Assembly (NCBI GenBank): GCA_963546435.1
Contig: CAUUMU010000001.1
Location: 231 to 64,230 of the forward strand
From: an uncultured Candidatus Saccharibacteria bacterium
GTDB taxonomy: Bacteria; Patescibacteriota; Saccharimonadia; Saccharimonadales; Saccharimonadaceae
Length of the DNA: 64,000 nt
Reading direction: 5' to 3'
Shown: piece by piece, positions 38,565 to 48,088 of the stretch
Numbering within the stretch: position 1 is the first letter of the stretch
How the letters are laid out: each line of letters starts with the position of its first letter
The notes under the pieces: generated by a model
The model's input: the letters and a program-made list of their open reading frames with translations, nothing else
What the model was told of the DNA's origin: nothing
The model's database searches: none
Position numbers and translations under genes: made by a program

Positions 38565-39574
38565 GAAAAGTAAATCCTCATTAGTTCTCGCGCGATTTTA
38601 TCGCTGTCGTGACGGATCAGACTACGCAGCGCCGCCAGCGGATCGGCCTTTTTGTTATGCTGACGAATGCCATGAGCGATCAAGTGCTTACCCGAGGCAT
38701 AGTAATGCTTTTTCTTGAGCTCTTCCTCATCCCATTCCACCAAATATTCACCATTGTGCGCATACTTATCAAGCAGTTCCTGTGGCGGACGATAATTGTT
38801 ATACAGTACATAATCCATGCTCACCCCAGCAAACCGCTCAATCTCGTCAACAAAATCTGCCACCGTAAAGCCGTCTGTCTGCGTCGGCTTGGTCACGAGA
38901 TTACAGACATACACCTTCTTGGCCTTGGTTTCAGCCAAAGCCCGCGTCACACCGCGCACCAGTAGTGCTGGCGCCAAACTACCATACAATAACCCCGGCG
39001 CTACCACCACGAGGTCGGCATCCAGAATCGCTTGCCGAGCATGCGGATTAATCGTTGCTGGCGGACTCAGCTCTAGCCACGGCCGCTCATCGCCTGGAAT
39101 GTTTGTCACCTCGATAGCATGCTCGCCCTCAACGACCGTACCGTCACACAGCCTCAGCGACAACTTGGTATCATCCAGCGTAATCGGAAACACCCGCCCA
39201 TTGACGCCGAGCACCTCGCTGGCCGTCTCAACCGCTTGCGAAAAGCTCCCCGTCATCTTTTCCAGCGCCGCCATGAACAAATTACCAAATGCATGCCCCT
39301 TCATGCTACCCTCATCAAACCGGTAATTGAACAGATCGCGCACCTTTGGCGAACTGCTCAGCGCCACTAGACATTGCCGCACATCACCCGCCGGCAACAC
39401 GCCCAGCTCGTCGCGCAGCATGCCTGTCGAGCCACCGTCGTCAACCATGTTAACCAGCGCCGTGATACTATGGGTATATTTTTTCAAACCCGACAGCAGC
39501 GTGAAACTACCAGTTCCGCCGCCAATTACTACAATTTTTACTCCAAAATATTCTCTATTCAATTCGTATGTCAT
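38561..39574 (-). CDS. YvcK/GlmR (UPF0052) family protein
   Basis: IGGGTG, DDGGSTG.LR, GDVRQCL, GHAFGNL, RHDSDK. Confidence 0.9.
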   Translation of the reverse strand: MTYELNREYFGVKIVVIGGGTGSFTLLSGLKKYTHSITALVNMVDDGGSTGMLRDELGVLPAGDVRQCLVALSSSPKVRDLFNYRFDEGSMKGHAFGNLFMAALEKMTGSFSQAVETASEVLGVNGRVFPITLDDTKLSLRLCDGTVVEGEHAIEVTNIPGDERPWLELSPPATINPHARQAILDADLVVVAPGLLYGSLAPALLVRGVTRALAETKAKKVYVCNLVTKPTQTDGFTVADFVDEIERFAGVSMDYVLYNNYRPPQELLDKYAHNGEYLVEWDEEELKKKHYYASGKHLIAHGIRQHNKKADPLAALRSLIRHDSDKIARELMRIYFS

Positions 39575-39600
39575 GCCCGCATTATATCACTTCAGAGAGC

Positions 39601-40266
39601 TTAGACCAACGTGCCCTTTGGTAGCGGCCACTCTAAGAACGTCTGGTACTGCGTGTTGACAGCGGTCAATATATGTTCAGCCACCTTGGCTGGGTCATTG
39701 AAGAAAGCATAATCATCCGGCTGATGTCCCCGCCAAAACGGTGTTTTCATCGCCCCGGGCAAGAACAGCGCTACACGAATCGGTAAATGCTGCTCGTCCG
39801 CCTGCAGGGCCAAGCTACGGGCCAGCCCCGCCTGGGCATGCTTGGTCGCTACATACACCGCTTCGTCCCCGCGAGCTTTGATACTGCTGGTCGAGCCGAT
39901 TACCGTTAGTGTAGAGCGTATCCGCTGCTGCGCCATCCTATGCCAGGCCCACTGCACCAGTGGCAACGGACCAGCGAAATTAACCTCCGCCATCGAGCGC
40001 GCATCAGGCTGATCCTCGAAATTACCGCGCCAGCCATAGCCCGCCGCCCAGACAAATTGCTCAATAGCATCGCCGCCCAAAATCTGCTCAATCCGCGCCG
40101 GTGCTGCCGCTACTTGCTCGGGATAATACACGTCCAGTGGGAAGCCCTCGCCGTGCTCCTGAGCGTTATGCGTCTTCCCTAGCACCAACACGCGTTTACC
40201 GCTTTCTCTGAGCTGCCTGGCCATCTCCAGTCCAAGCCCACTCGTCCCACCAAGAATAATATGCAT
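39601..40266 (-). CDS. short-chain dehydrogenase/reductase
   Basis: GGTSGLG, YVATK (YxxxK), PGAMKT. Confidence 0.88.
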   Translation of the reverse strand: MHIILGGTSGLGLEMARQLRESGKRVLVLGKTHNAQEHGEGFPLDVYYPEQVAAAPARIEQILGGDAIEQFVWAAGYGWRGNFEDQPDARSMAEVNFAGPLPLVQWAWHRMAQQRIRSTLTVIGSTSSIKARGDEAVYVATKHAQAGLARSLALQADEQHLPIRVALFLPGAMKTPFWRGHQPDDYAFFNDPAKVAEHILTAVNTQYQTFLEWPLPKGTLV

Positions 40267-40361
40267 GTGGTTATTATAGCAGGAGAAATGATGGGCTGTA
40301 AAATGTCGGGCGGGTACCCCAAATATCAAAACAGCGTCCAAGCCGACGAGTCCAGATATAT

Positions 40362-40748
40362 TTATTGACACACCTGCGAATGACGCTTCAGCCAATCAGC
40401 AATCGCATCAATATCGAGATGATCGGTCGCGACGCGGACAGCGAAATTTTCTAGTTCACCTCGCTGTGCTGTAAAATTATACCCATTCACCTCCAGCAAA
40501 GTCAGTCCGGCGAGCATTGCTGTACGCTTGTTACCATCAGCGAACGGATGGCCACCAATAATCCCGCGCATCAACGCCGCTGCCTTGGCAAATACTGTTG
40601 CATATAATTCCTCGCCAAATACTACTTGATGCTGTGTTGACACCGCAGCCTCCAGCCGTCCAACGTCACGCACGCCATCTGCACCGCCGTCTTTGACAAG
40701 CACCAGCGCATGAAGCTGCAGAATCTGCTCGAGAGTCAAACTAACCAT
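40362..40748 (-). CDS. Doc/Fic-family toxin
   Basis: HPFADGNKRTA motif. Confidence 0.9.
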   Translation of the reverse strand: MVSLTLEQILQLHALVLVKDGGADGVRDVGRLEAAVSTQHQVVFGEELYATVFAKAAALMRGIIGGHPFADGNKRTAMLAGLTLLEVNGYNFTAQRGELENFAVRVATDHLDIDAIADWLKRHSQVCQ

Positions 40749-40969
40749 TAGCGCTTCGCCAAGTGAGAAAAGTCCTCTTTGTATCGCTCAAGGAGCGAGT
40801 TTGCAGTTTTGAGCACTTGATTATCGTCAGCCACCTCCGAACACTTACGTACTGTGACTTCAATTTCGTCGCCATCGCGAATCCCCAGCGCCCGCAAATC
40901 CCGCGCCGGCAACGTCACGCCGCGACTGGAACCAATCTTGATAACCTTCTGAATTGTAGTGATTGTCAT
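40748..40969 (-). CDS. AbrB/MazE-type antitoxin
   Basis: KIGSSRGVTLP..LGIRDGDEIEV; stop overlaps the toxin start. Confidence 0.85.
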   Translation of the reverse strand: MTITTIQKVIKIGSSRGVTLPARDLRALGIRDGDEIEVTVRKCSEVADDNQVLKTANSLLERYKEDFSHLAKR

Positions 40970-41027
40970 GCGAATATTATAACAAAATTATAATTTTATT
41001 GCAATATCAGCGAAACCAAATCAATAT

Positions 41028-41513
41028 TTACCGCACGATTTCGCTATGCAGCTCCTGCCATTTCATATGCGCCCCATACGCTCGAGCTGGCGCGTCAACC
41101 TCACTTTCCTGGAGCAACAACTCCTCAGGGTCGATAAACATTACTTCGTCACCCTCTTCACCTGGCGCAAAGTCAAAATTCTCTGGCCAGACACGGCAAT
41201 AAAAACAGATTTGATTAGCATCAATCCGCTCAATATACATCTCGTCCGATGCGTCAAAAAGTTGATAGCGCAAACCGCCCTTGTAGCCAACTTCTTCATA
41301 TAGCTCGCGTTTCAGTGACGACTCAATCGTCTCGCCAAAATCCATACCACCACCAGGCAAATCCCAATACGTCCGATCAATTTCCTTGACAACCAAAATT
41401 TGTCCAGCATCGTTATAAATCAAGGCTTTGAGCGAGATACGATACAAACAATCCAGATGGTCCGTTCCATCTAGATTCTGCGTAATGATATGTCCTTTGG
41501 TGATTTTTGACAT
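41028..41513 (-). CDS. NUDIX hydrolase
   Basis: Nudix box GGGMDFGETIESSLKRELYEEVG. Confidence 0.9.
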   Translation of the reverse strand: MSKITKGHIITQNLDGTDHLDCLYRISLKALIYNDAGQILVVKEIDRTYWDLPGGGMDFGETIESSLKRELYEEVGYKGGLRYQLFDASDEMYIERIDANQICFYCRVWPENFDFAPGEEGDEVMFIDPEELLLQESEVDAPARAYGAHMKWQELHSEIVR

Positions 41514-41632
41514 GAGAGTCATTATACTACACCCGAACGCCAGATAGCTGATACCATTTCACCTACAGTATATTCTGTCTTTCCAATATCCATGATTAAC
41601 TACTCATTGGGTGTTAACACGTTGGGGATTAT

Positions 41633-42250
41633 CTAATTGTGATACTCTTTTATTTTACTGGCATATTCAGTCAAAAGATTCTTTGAATAAATTTTTTCAT
41701 TTTTTGAATTTCTAACTTCTTTCCAAAGAATAGAAGCTACTTTTAATTTGTTCGAATAGTTGCGACTATTTTCGTCTGCACTAAAATCCTTTAAAAATTG
41801 ATTCCATTGACAAACCGAATTATCATACTTGGCATAATCTGATTTCCCATAATAAACTTTTAGCATATCTTGAATGGTAAAACTCAAATCATTTTCTTTT
41901 TTTACTTTTCTCCAAGCAGTGGCCATATCAGCATTAAATTTAAATGGTGAGACATCTGTTAAAATTGAGAAATATTCTCTAAAGTGTGTATTAAAGGAAA
42001 ACCCGCATTCAAGTAATGGAGTATCTAAGGTAATAGTTTCTACTCGTTTCTTTTCATTTTTTATTGATGACTTTTTAATCAAATTACCCTTAAAGTACTG
42101 CTCAATAACGTGATTGAGTTCCTGTTTTGTGCCTTTATATTCTAATCCTAATGACTTGCATATCTGTGAAAGTTCTTCACGATACCAATAGTATTTATTA
42201 AACTCATCAAACGATGTAATTTTATCAAACTCAGGTCTATTTTTTGTCAA
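41633..42250 (-). CDS. SAP-like/DUF6434-type protein, AT-rich, probably horizontally acquired
   Basis: YYWYREEL..ICKSLGL...GTKQEL; TTG start with GAGGAG RBS; visibly much lower GC than flanks. Confidence 0.7.
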   Translation of the reverse strand: MTKNRPEFDKITSFDEFNKYYWYREELSQICKSLGLEYKGTKQELNHVIEQYFKGNLIKKSSIKNEKKRVETITLDTPLLECGFSFNTHFREYFSILTDVSPFKFNADMATAWRKVKKENDLSFTIQDMLKVYYGKSDYAKYDNSVCQWNQFLKDFSADENSRNYSNKLKVASILWKEVRNSKNEKIYSKNLLTEYASKIKEYHN

Positions 42251-42294
42251 TATTTTCGCTCCTCAAAACCAATTTACTTTTTCATGTCTAGTAT

Positions 42295-43878
42295 CTATAG
42301 CTCCTCAACCTTCACCCGCCGCTGCTCCGTCGTATCTCGCTCGCGCACGGTGACGGTGCCATCCTCCAGCGTCTGGAAGTCGATGACCACGCAGTGCGGC
42401 GTGCCGATTTCGTCTTGGCGGCGGTAGCGCTTGCCGATATTACCGTTGTCGTCCCACATCACCCGGCCGGGGTTAGCTTTGGCGAGCTGGGCGTAGACGT
42501 CGCGAGCTTTTTCCACCAATTCTGGCTTATTTTTGAGTAGCGGTGAAACGGCAAATCTAACTGGCGCCAAGTGCTCTGGCAGCGCCAAATATACCCGCTT
42601 TTCACCGTTCTGCTCATCCTCACGGTACGCGCCCGACAGCACCGCCATCAGCGCCCGCTCGACACCAAACGACGGCTCGATGACGTGCGGAACAAATTTT
42701 GTGTTCGTTCCCTTGACGGTGTATTCCATGCTCTTGCCACTGGCGCGCTGGATGTTCATCAAGTCAAAATCGGTCCGATACGCGATACCCATCAACTCCT
42801 CGCGACCAATTGGATAGTCATATTCAATGTCGATCGTTTTTTTGCTATAATGCGCCCGATCCTCTGCTGGCACGTCCAGCTCATGGATGTGCTCTGGCTT
42901 CAAGCCTAGTTCTGCCAAGAACGCATGCGTCGCCGCCAGTAGCTCGTCAAACGCCTCTTGCCAATACTCAGGGTCGACAAAATATTCAATCTCCATCTGC
43001 TCGAACTCGCGAGAGCGGAACACGAAGTCGCGCGGCGCAATTTCATTACGAAACGCCTTGCCCTGCTGAGCGATACCAAACGGCAAGTTCGGGTAGAAAC
43101 TATCGACGACGTTTTTGAAATTGGTGAAGATACCTTGGGCAGTTTCGGGGCGGAGGTAAGAAATCGACTGTGGATCGTAGGTAATCGCTTTTATGCCACT
43201 AGGACTACGCTTACCATCGACGCCCCCCTTCAACTCATCAATTGCCAGCTCATTTTGCCCGCTAGCACCGACAAATGTCTTGAACATCATGTTAAACTGT
43301 CGCGGCTCACTAAAATCACCTCGCACGCCACAGTTAGGGCATTTTATCACCCTCAGTACGTGCGACCATTCTTTCAGCCCAAAATCGCTGGCCTCCTCGA
43401 GGTCAATCTCACTTGGGCCAAGCTCCATGTCCAGTATTTTCTTGAACAACTCAGGCTCTTTTTCTTTGATCTCATCATAGAAATTTGGCGCCGTGGCATG
43501 CTCGCGATACCATTGGATCTTGTCGGTGAGAGCCTCGTACTCGTCCAACTTTTCCTGTTGATCTTTGAGCAGATGATCTTCACGAAAACGCGCCTTGCAG
43601 TGGTTACACTCTACTAATGGGTCAGAAAACGTATCGACATGCCCACTGGCCTGCCAGACCTTCTGATTCATCAAAATCGCCGCGTCCACGCCGTACATGT
43701 CGTCGCGCTCGTCAACAAACCGGCGCCACCACAAATTCATGATATTACGCTTCAGTTGCACACCCAGCGGACCGTAATCCCACGTACCGCTCAGGCCGCC
43801 ATATACATCCGACCCCTGATAAATAAAGCCGCGGCGCTTGCACAGGCTAATAATATCTTCCATTTTTGCTTGACTCAT
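42295..43878 (-). CDS. glyQS: glycine--tRNA ligase, alpha2 type
   Basis: DYGPLG, YLRPETAQG, FRNEI, REFEQME, IEPSFGVER, YRRQDEIGTP. Confidence 0.95.
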   Translation of the reverse strand: MSQAKMEDIISLCKRRGFIYQGSDVYGGLSGTWDYGPLGVQLKRNIMNLWWRRFVDERDDMYGVDAAILMNQKVWQASGHVDTFSDPLVECNHCKARFREDHLLKDQQEKLDEYEALTDKIQWYREHATAPNFYDEIKEKEPELFKKILDMELGPSEIDLEEASDFGLKEWSHVLRVIKCPNCGVRGDFSEPRQFNMMFKTFVGASGQNELAIDELKGGVDGKRSPSGIKAITYDPQSISYLRPETAQGIFTNFKNVVDSFYPNLPFGIAQQGKAFRNEIAPRDFVFRSREFEQMEIEYFVDPEYWQEAFDELLAATHAFLAELGLKPEHIHELDVPAEDRAHYSKKTIDIEYDYPIGREELMGIAYRTDFDLMNIQRASGKSMEYTVKGTNTKFVPHVIEPSFGVERALMAVLSGAYREDEQNGEKRVYLALPEHLAPVRFAVSPLLKNKPELVEKARDVYAQLAKANPGRVMWDDNGNIGKRYRRQDEIGTPHCVVIDFQTLEDGTVTVRERDTTEQRRVKVEEL

Positions 43879-43996
43879 CACACAACCTTTCTCCATGTTG
43901 GCAACATGGCGATTCATTAACTAAGGTTTATTATAGCATGCTTGACGGTCGCTATTTATTGTGCAACAATCGCACATAGGGAGTATCAATGGTGTT

Positions 43997-44851
43997 ATGA
44001 GTCAGGAACAGTACAACACATCGTCTGCAGATAAAATTTTTCCAGATTCCCCTGTAATACGTCACCCCCAGGAATACTTATTGGAGGAGGTCCGTAGATT
44101 ACTAGAGATTTCTGATAAATACGAAGGAGCGGATGATAGAGCTAGAAGCATAGTCGCCGAAGGGATCCGCGTCACTGGTTTCGCTGCTTTTAGCTCCACA
44201 AGCCCGCTAACAGCTCAGGAGCAAGGTAAAATTAGAGAATACTTTGGGCAATGGATGCTACTCAGAGATCAACTCTCAGGACTCATCACCCCCTATGAAC
44301 ACAATACTTTTCTCTCGGCAAAGCGTAATTTTGACTCTGCCTGCACCAGTAAAGTGTCCGACCAAGTAAAGGTGGCCTTCCTAGATCAAGCACTAGAAGA
44401 TGCTCACAGTGTTTACGCCAGTCAGACCAAAAGAACTGATATTTCTTTTAGTTCCGTCCTCAATAAAATATTCCTAGCGCGCACGTTACGCGATCTCGCC
44501 GCGATGGGTCGATTTGATGACGACGCTAAAAGAAGCGCGGTTGCCCTGCTCTGGGAATGTGCCGATGAGATTATCAAAATAAGTAAGCCAGATCTCGAGG
44601 TGGAATATTGCAAGGAGTCCTATTTACATGAGATTGAATATTTCCGTGGCCAATACTCGGAAGAGATAGAGATTAACCCCGAAGAGAACCCCGATATTTC
44701 AACACATAACATACTCACCAAGCTTAATCAGTCGGATATTGAGTCCGGGCAAAACCCTAATACTTTCATGGAATCTGCCTTCTCCCCCCTACGGAAAGCA
44801 ATTGTGAAGCATGCTCTACAAGACACAGTTACACCGCGGCATGCTGCCTAG
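43997..44851 (+). CDS. hypothetical protein
   Basis: Long ORF counter to its neighbours; no motif recognised. Confidence 0.65.
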   Translation: MSQEQYNTSSADKIFPDSPVIRHPQEYLLEEVRRLLEISDKYEGADDRARSIVAEGIRVTGFAAFSSTSPLTAQEQGKIREYFGQWMLLRDQLSGLITPYEHNTFLSAKRNFDSACTSKVSDQVKVAFLDQALEDAHSVYASQTKRTDISFSSVLNKIFLARTLRDLAAMGRFDDDAKRSAVALLWECADEIIKISKPDLEVEYCKESYLHEIEYFRGQYSEEIEINPEENPDISTHNILTKLNQSDIESGQNPNTFMESAFSPLRKAIVKHALQDTVTPRHAA

Positions 44852-45506
44852 CCACCAGCCAGCAACTAGCGATGACCGGGCCGAGGCCGCCGATGTGGGT
44901 GAGATTTTCTAGCGGCTTGGCTTGGATGAGGCGCAGCAGCTTGATATGATCGGCCGTTAGGTCGCCCTGCTCGCTTGGCCTTAGGGCCTTTTCGCTTGGA
45001 TCGTACATGTATGATTTATCGCTCGTCAGCATCCGCCCAGCCACGTCAGTGCGTAGATTCAGCTCGTCACCCAGCAGCCCGGCGTACTGCATATAAAACC
45101 ACGTCTCGACCAGCAGCCGATCAACCGCCGGCCGATCAAGCCACGCCAACACCTGGCTAAGCACCGCGAACCACTCCGGCCCATCAACGGTCTCGGTCGC
45201 CTGCGCCACCAGCTTGAGCGCTTGGTAAGCGAACTGCATCCGCTCATAATCCTCGAGGATATGCCGATAAAACGCGCTGAGCCTGGCGCTGGTCAGCAGT
45301 CCCAGCTCGCCGCGGCCCGAACGAATCACCACATCGCACAGCGCCAATAGTTCAATGCCACCGGCCAGCTTACTTCGCTCGCGGCGCACCCCCTTGGCGA
45401 TCACCGCCCGCCGCCCCTGGGGCGTCAGTAACTGCAATACCCGATCAGCTTCCGCATAATCCGTCCGCCGTAGCACAATCGCCTTCAGCCGCTCACCGTC
45501 TTTCAT
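44829..45506 (-). CDS. recO: DNA repair protein RecO
   Basis: AIVLRRTDYAEADRVL.LLT..G....AKGVRR..SKL. Confidence 0.9.
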   Translation of the reverse strand: MKDGERLKAIVLRRTDYAEADRVLQLLTPQGRRAVIAKGVRRERSKLAGGIELLALCDVVIRSGRGELGLLTSARLSAFYRHILEDYERMQFAYQALKLVAQATETVDGPEWFAVLSQVLAWLDRPAVDRLLVETWFYMQYAGLLGDELNLRTDVAGRMLTSDKSYMYDPSEKALRPSEQGDLTADHIKLLRLIQAKPLENLTHIGGLGPVIASCWLVARQHAAV

Positions 45507-45871
45507 TCAGCCTCCTCGCCTAGCACGCTGAGCGCGGCTCGCACGTCGTCGGGCGTCATTCGCGCCTTATCGAGCACCGCCCGCACGCCAAACGACCGCA
45601 ATTGATCCAGATCAAGTGCGACATTACTACACACCGCCACCGGCAGCCGCGCCAGATCCTCATGACTTTGCAGCTCATTCAGTAGTGCCATCCCCGTCTC
45701 ACCCGCCAGTAGCATATCAAGCACCAAGCCATCCGGCTGCCACTCATCAATCATCGCCATCGCCTGCCCAGCCGCCACCACTATTCGGGCCGTATACCCC
45801 GCCTCCAGCGCATACCGCTCCAGCACTGCCGCCCACTGCGGATCATCCTCGATGATCAGGAGTTTTTTCAT
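45503..45871 (-). CDS. single-domain response regulator
   Basis: IIEDD, LDMLL, terminal K. Confidence 0.85.
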   Translation of the reverse strand: MKKLLIIEDDPQWAAVLERYALEAGYTARIVVAAGQAMAMIDEWQPDGLVLDMLLAGETGMALLNELQSHEDLARLPVAVCSNVALDLDQLRSFGVRAVLDKARMTPDDVRAALSVLGEEAE

Positions 45872-46581
45872 AATAAGCTCATCTGCTCGCTGAGCGGCAC
45901 ATCAACATAAAACGTCAGTCCGTCTCGGTGGCGTATCAGCCCGATCTGCCCGCCCATCGCCCGCGCGAACGTTGCAGCGATATACACTCCGAGACCACTG
46001 CTATCCGGCCGGGTTCTGACTGATTTGTGCATAGTCATCTCATCCACCAGCCGCTGATACTCAGCCAGGCTCATCATCGGCCCAAAATCCCGTACGCCCA
46101 GCCGCACCATCGTCCCTGCCTGGCGAACAGTCACGCGAATTGCGGCCCCAGCCTCGCTATAGCGCATCGCATTATCGAGAAAATTCATCATGATCCGCCC
46201 AAGCAGCAATGGATTAGCCACCACCAGTCGCTTTTTGCCCGCCCGTGGCCACGTCACCCGTCGGTCATACAGCCGCAGCATATCGCGCGACTGGTGCACC
46301 AATTGGGCTAGCAGCGCCAGTGGATTAACCGGCTCCAGCGGAAATAGCGTCGGCTGTACATTCACGGTACGCGCCAAGTCCTGCACCAAAGCCAGCGATC
46401 GCTCCGCCGTCAGCGTCAGCCGCCGCTGCATCTGCTGTGCCTCGGCTGGACTGAGCTGGCCATCCTCGATCAATAAACTCATCTGCCGAATCAACGCCAG
46501 CGGCGCCTTCAGCTCATGCGCTGCCACCGCTATGCTCGGCATTGCGGCAAACTCCTTATCACTCCACTGTGGCTGCGCCAT
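45868..46581 (-). CDS. histidine kinase without sensor domain
   Basis: AHELKAPL, NFLDNA, SGLG. Confidence 0.85.
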   Translation of the reverse strand: MAQPQWSDKEFAAMPSIAVAAHELKAPLALIRQMSLLIEDGQLSPAEAQQMQRRLTLTAERSLALVQDLARTVNVQPTLFPLEPVNPLALLAQLVHQSRDMLRLYDRRVTWPRAGKKRLVVANPLLLGRIMMNFLDNAMRYSEAGAAIRVTVRQAGTMVRLGVRDFGPMMSLAEYQRLVDEMTMHKSVRTRPDSSGLGVYIAATFARAMGGQIGLIRHRDGLTFYVDVPLSEQMSLL

Positions 46582-46664
46582 ATACCTCTAGTATAGCAAA
46601 CCGAGGCGCCAAAAAGAACTGCTTCCTGCTTGGCATTTCACACACCAGCCGTGGGCCGAGAAAA

Positions 46665-47333
46665 TTACTGGACAAATTTCACCGTCTTGAGAATAGCCTC
46701 AAAATCTGGCTTGAACGTATCAGCATCGGTTGAAAAACGCAGCGTCTTGTCGCGCACCTTCATCAGCACCACCGAGCCGCGCAGATCCTTACTAAACGTA
46801 CCATCAATGCGTGTCGCAGTGTTACCATTATATTCAACGCTACTCGAGGTCAAATCACCCTTTTTCAGCAAGCTAGCGTACTGCTCCAGTGTCTTGTTAA
46901 AATCACTGTTAAGAATTTCGAGGCGCAGCGCAAACTTGTTTGGGTTATTGCTGTTTGTACTCGTTGGTGGCACGATGACTGGATGGAGATATGCCTTGTA
47001 ATCGCCGCGATCGCCACCGTCAGCCGCCACGTAAACACTCCAGGTCTTTGGATACATAAATGAGATGCGGCCGTATTGCTCGGGGCCGACGAATTCAATG
47101 CGCGGGTTTTTGGCTTCTTCATTAAATTTCTCGCGGTCAGCCTTTGATTGCTCTTCGCGCGCCTTGGCCGAAGCTACCGCCATCCGACTCTCGACCGCAG
47201 TTTTTTCCTGTGAATATGCCAGGTACGCCCAAATTGCCGCGCTACCAGCCGCCACGAACAGCACAATCGCGCTAATCGCCACAATCATCCAGCTATTAAC
47301 ATATCCCTGTTCCATCTCTGTTTTTCTACTCAT
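46665..47333 (-). CDS. membrane-anchored hypothetical protein
   Basis: N-terminal TM; FMYPKTW and FEAILKT, PsbP-like. Confidence 0.7.
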   Translation of the reverse strand: MSRKTEMEQGYVNSWMIVAISAIVLFVAAGSAAIWAYLAYSQEKTAVESRMAVASAKAREEQSKADREKFNEEAKNPRIEFVGPEQYGRISFMYPKTWSVYVAADGGDRGDYKAYLHPVIVPPTSTNSNNPNKFALRLEILNSDFNKTLEQYASLLKKGDLTSSSVEYNGNTATRIDGTFSKDLRGSVVLMKVRDKTLRFSTDADTFKPDFEAILKTVKFVQ

Positions 47334-47348
47334 ATGCATCAGTATAGC

Positions 47349-47873
47349 TTATGCTTCGGGCGATGTAAAGCCTCCCGGCAGCCGATAGAGAAAATAGCCG
47401 TGGTATTCTTTTGTCGGCTGCGTGCCGGGGATAGCAAATCCGTAGCTCACGAAAGTCAGCGGCTCGGTCTGGGCGGCTGCTTGACGCTCGGCCAGCTGAA
47501 ACATCTTTGCGATATCGCGGCCATCACCAAAGGCATACATCACCGTCACCTTATCAAGCACCGGCTGCCGCCAGATATTCGCCCAGTGTACTTGGGCGCC
47601 CGGTAGTTTGCGCAGCCGCCAGCGCGATATTAGCACCAGGAATGGATTAATCTCATAGCCAATCGCCCGCGCACCCTGCTGAGCTGCCGCCATCAGCACC
47701 ACACCGTCGCCCGATCCGATATCAAGCACCACGTCGCCTTTACCGAACGGCAGCGCCTCAGCAAACAGCCGCTGCACTTCGCGCGACCGTGACGGCACAT
47801 ACGGCGCACCAATCAGTGCCGGCAGCGCGAAAATCATCAGAATCGCCCCGCCAAGCCACAGCAGCCATATCAC
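47349..47873 (-). CDS. SAM-dependent methyltransferase
   Basis: GAPYVPS, DIGSGDG, GYEINP. Confidence 0.8.
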   Translation of the reverse strand: MIWLLWLGGAILMIFALPALIGAPYVPSRSREVQRLFAEALPFGKGDVVLDIGSGDGVVLMAAAQQGARAIGYEINPFLVLISRWRLRKLPGAQVHWANIWRQPVLDKVTVMYAFGDGRDIAKMFQLAERQAAAQTEPLTFVSYGFAIPGTQPTKEYHGYFLYRLPGGFTSPEA

Positions 47874-48088
47874 GCGCTAAAGTCCTCGCTAAGCACTGTA
47901 ATGTCGTGCTGCATGTCGTCAAGTACCGCCGTAATGTCTTGCGCCAGCTGCCGCGCCTCAACAAACCGCTGCTTGGCCTCGTCCAGATTAAAGTCATCGC
48001 CCTGAAACCACGCAATGCGCTCGTTCAGCTCCGCCATCATCTGCTCAATCGTTTTCTCATTCGTCTTATCGTTTTTCACTACTCTCAA
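47870..48088 (-). CDS. xseB: exonuclease VII small subunit
   Basis: Short helical ORF after xseA; start uncertain. Confidence 0.75.
   Translation of the reverse strand: MRVVKNDKTNEKTIEQMMAELNERIAWFQGDDFNLDEAKQRFVEARQLAQDITAVLDDMQHDITVLSEDFSA

Noticed and set aside
40362..40969. AbrB-Doc pair as a novel system
   Set aside because: Well-known type II TA arrangement; listed as features only
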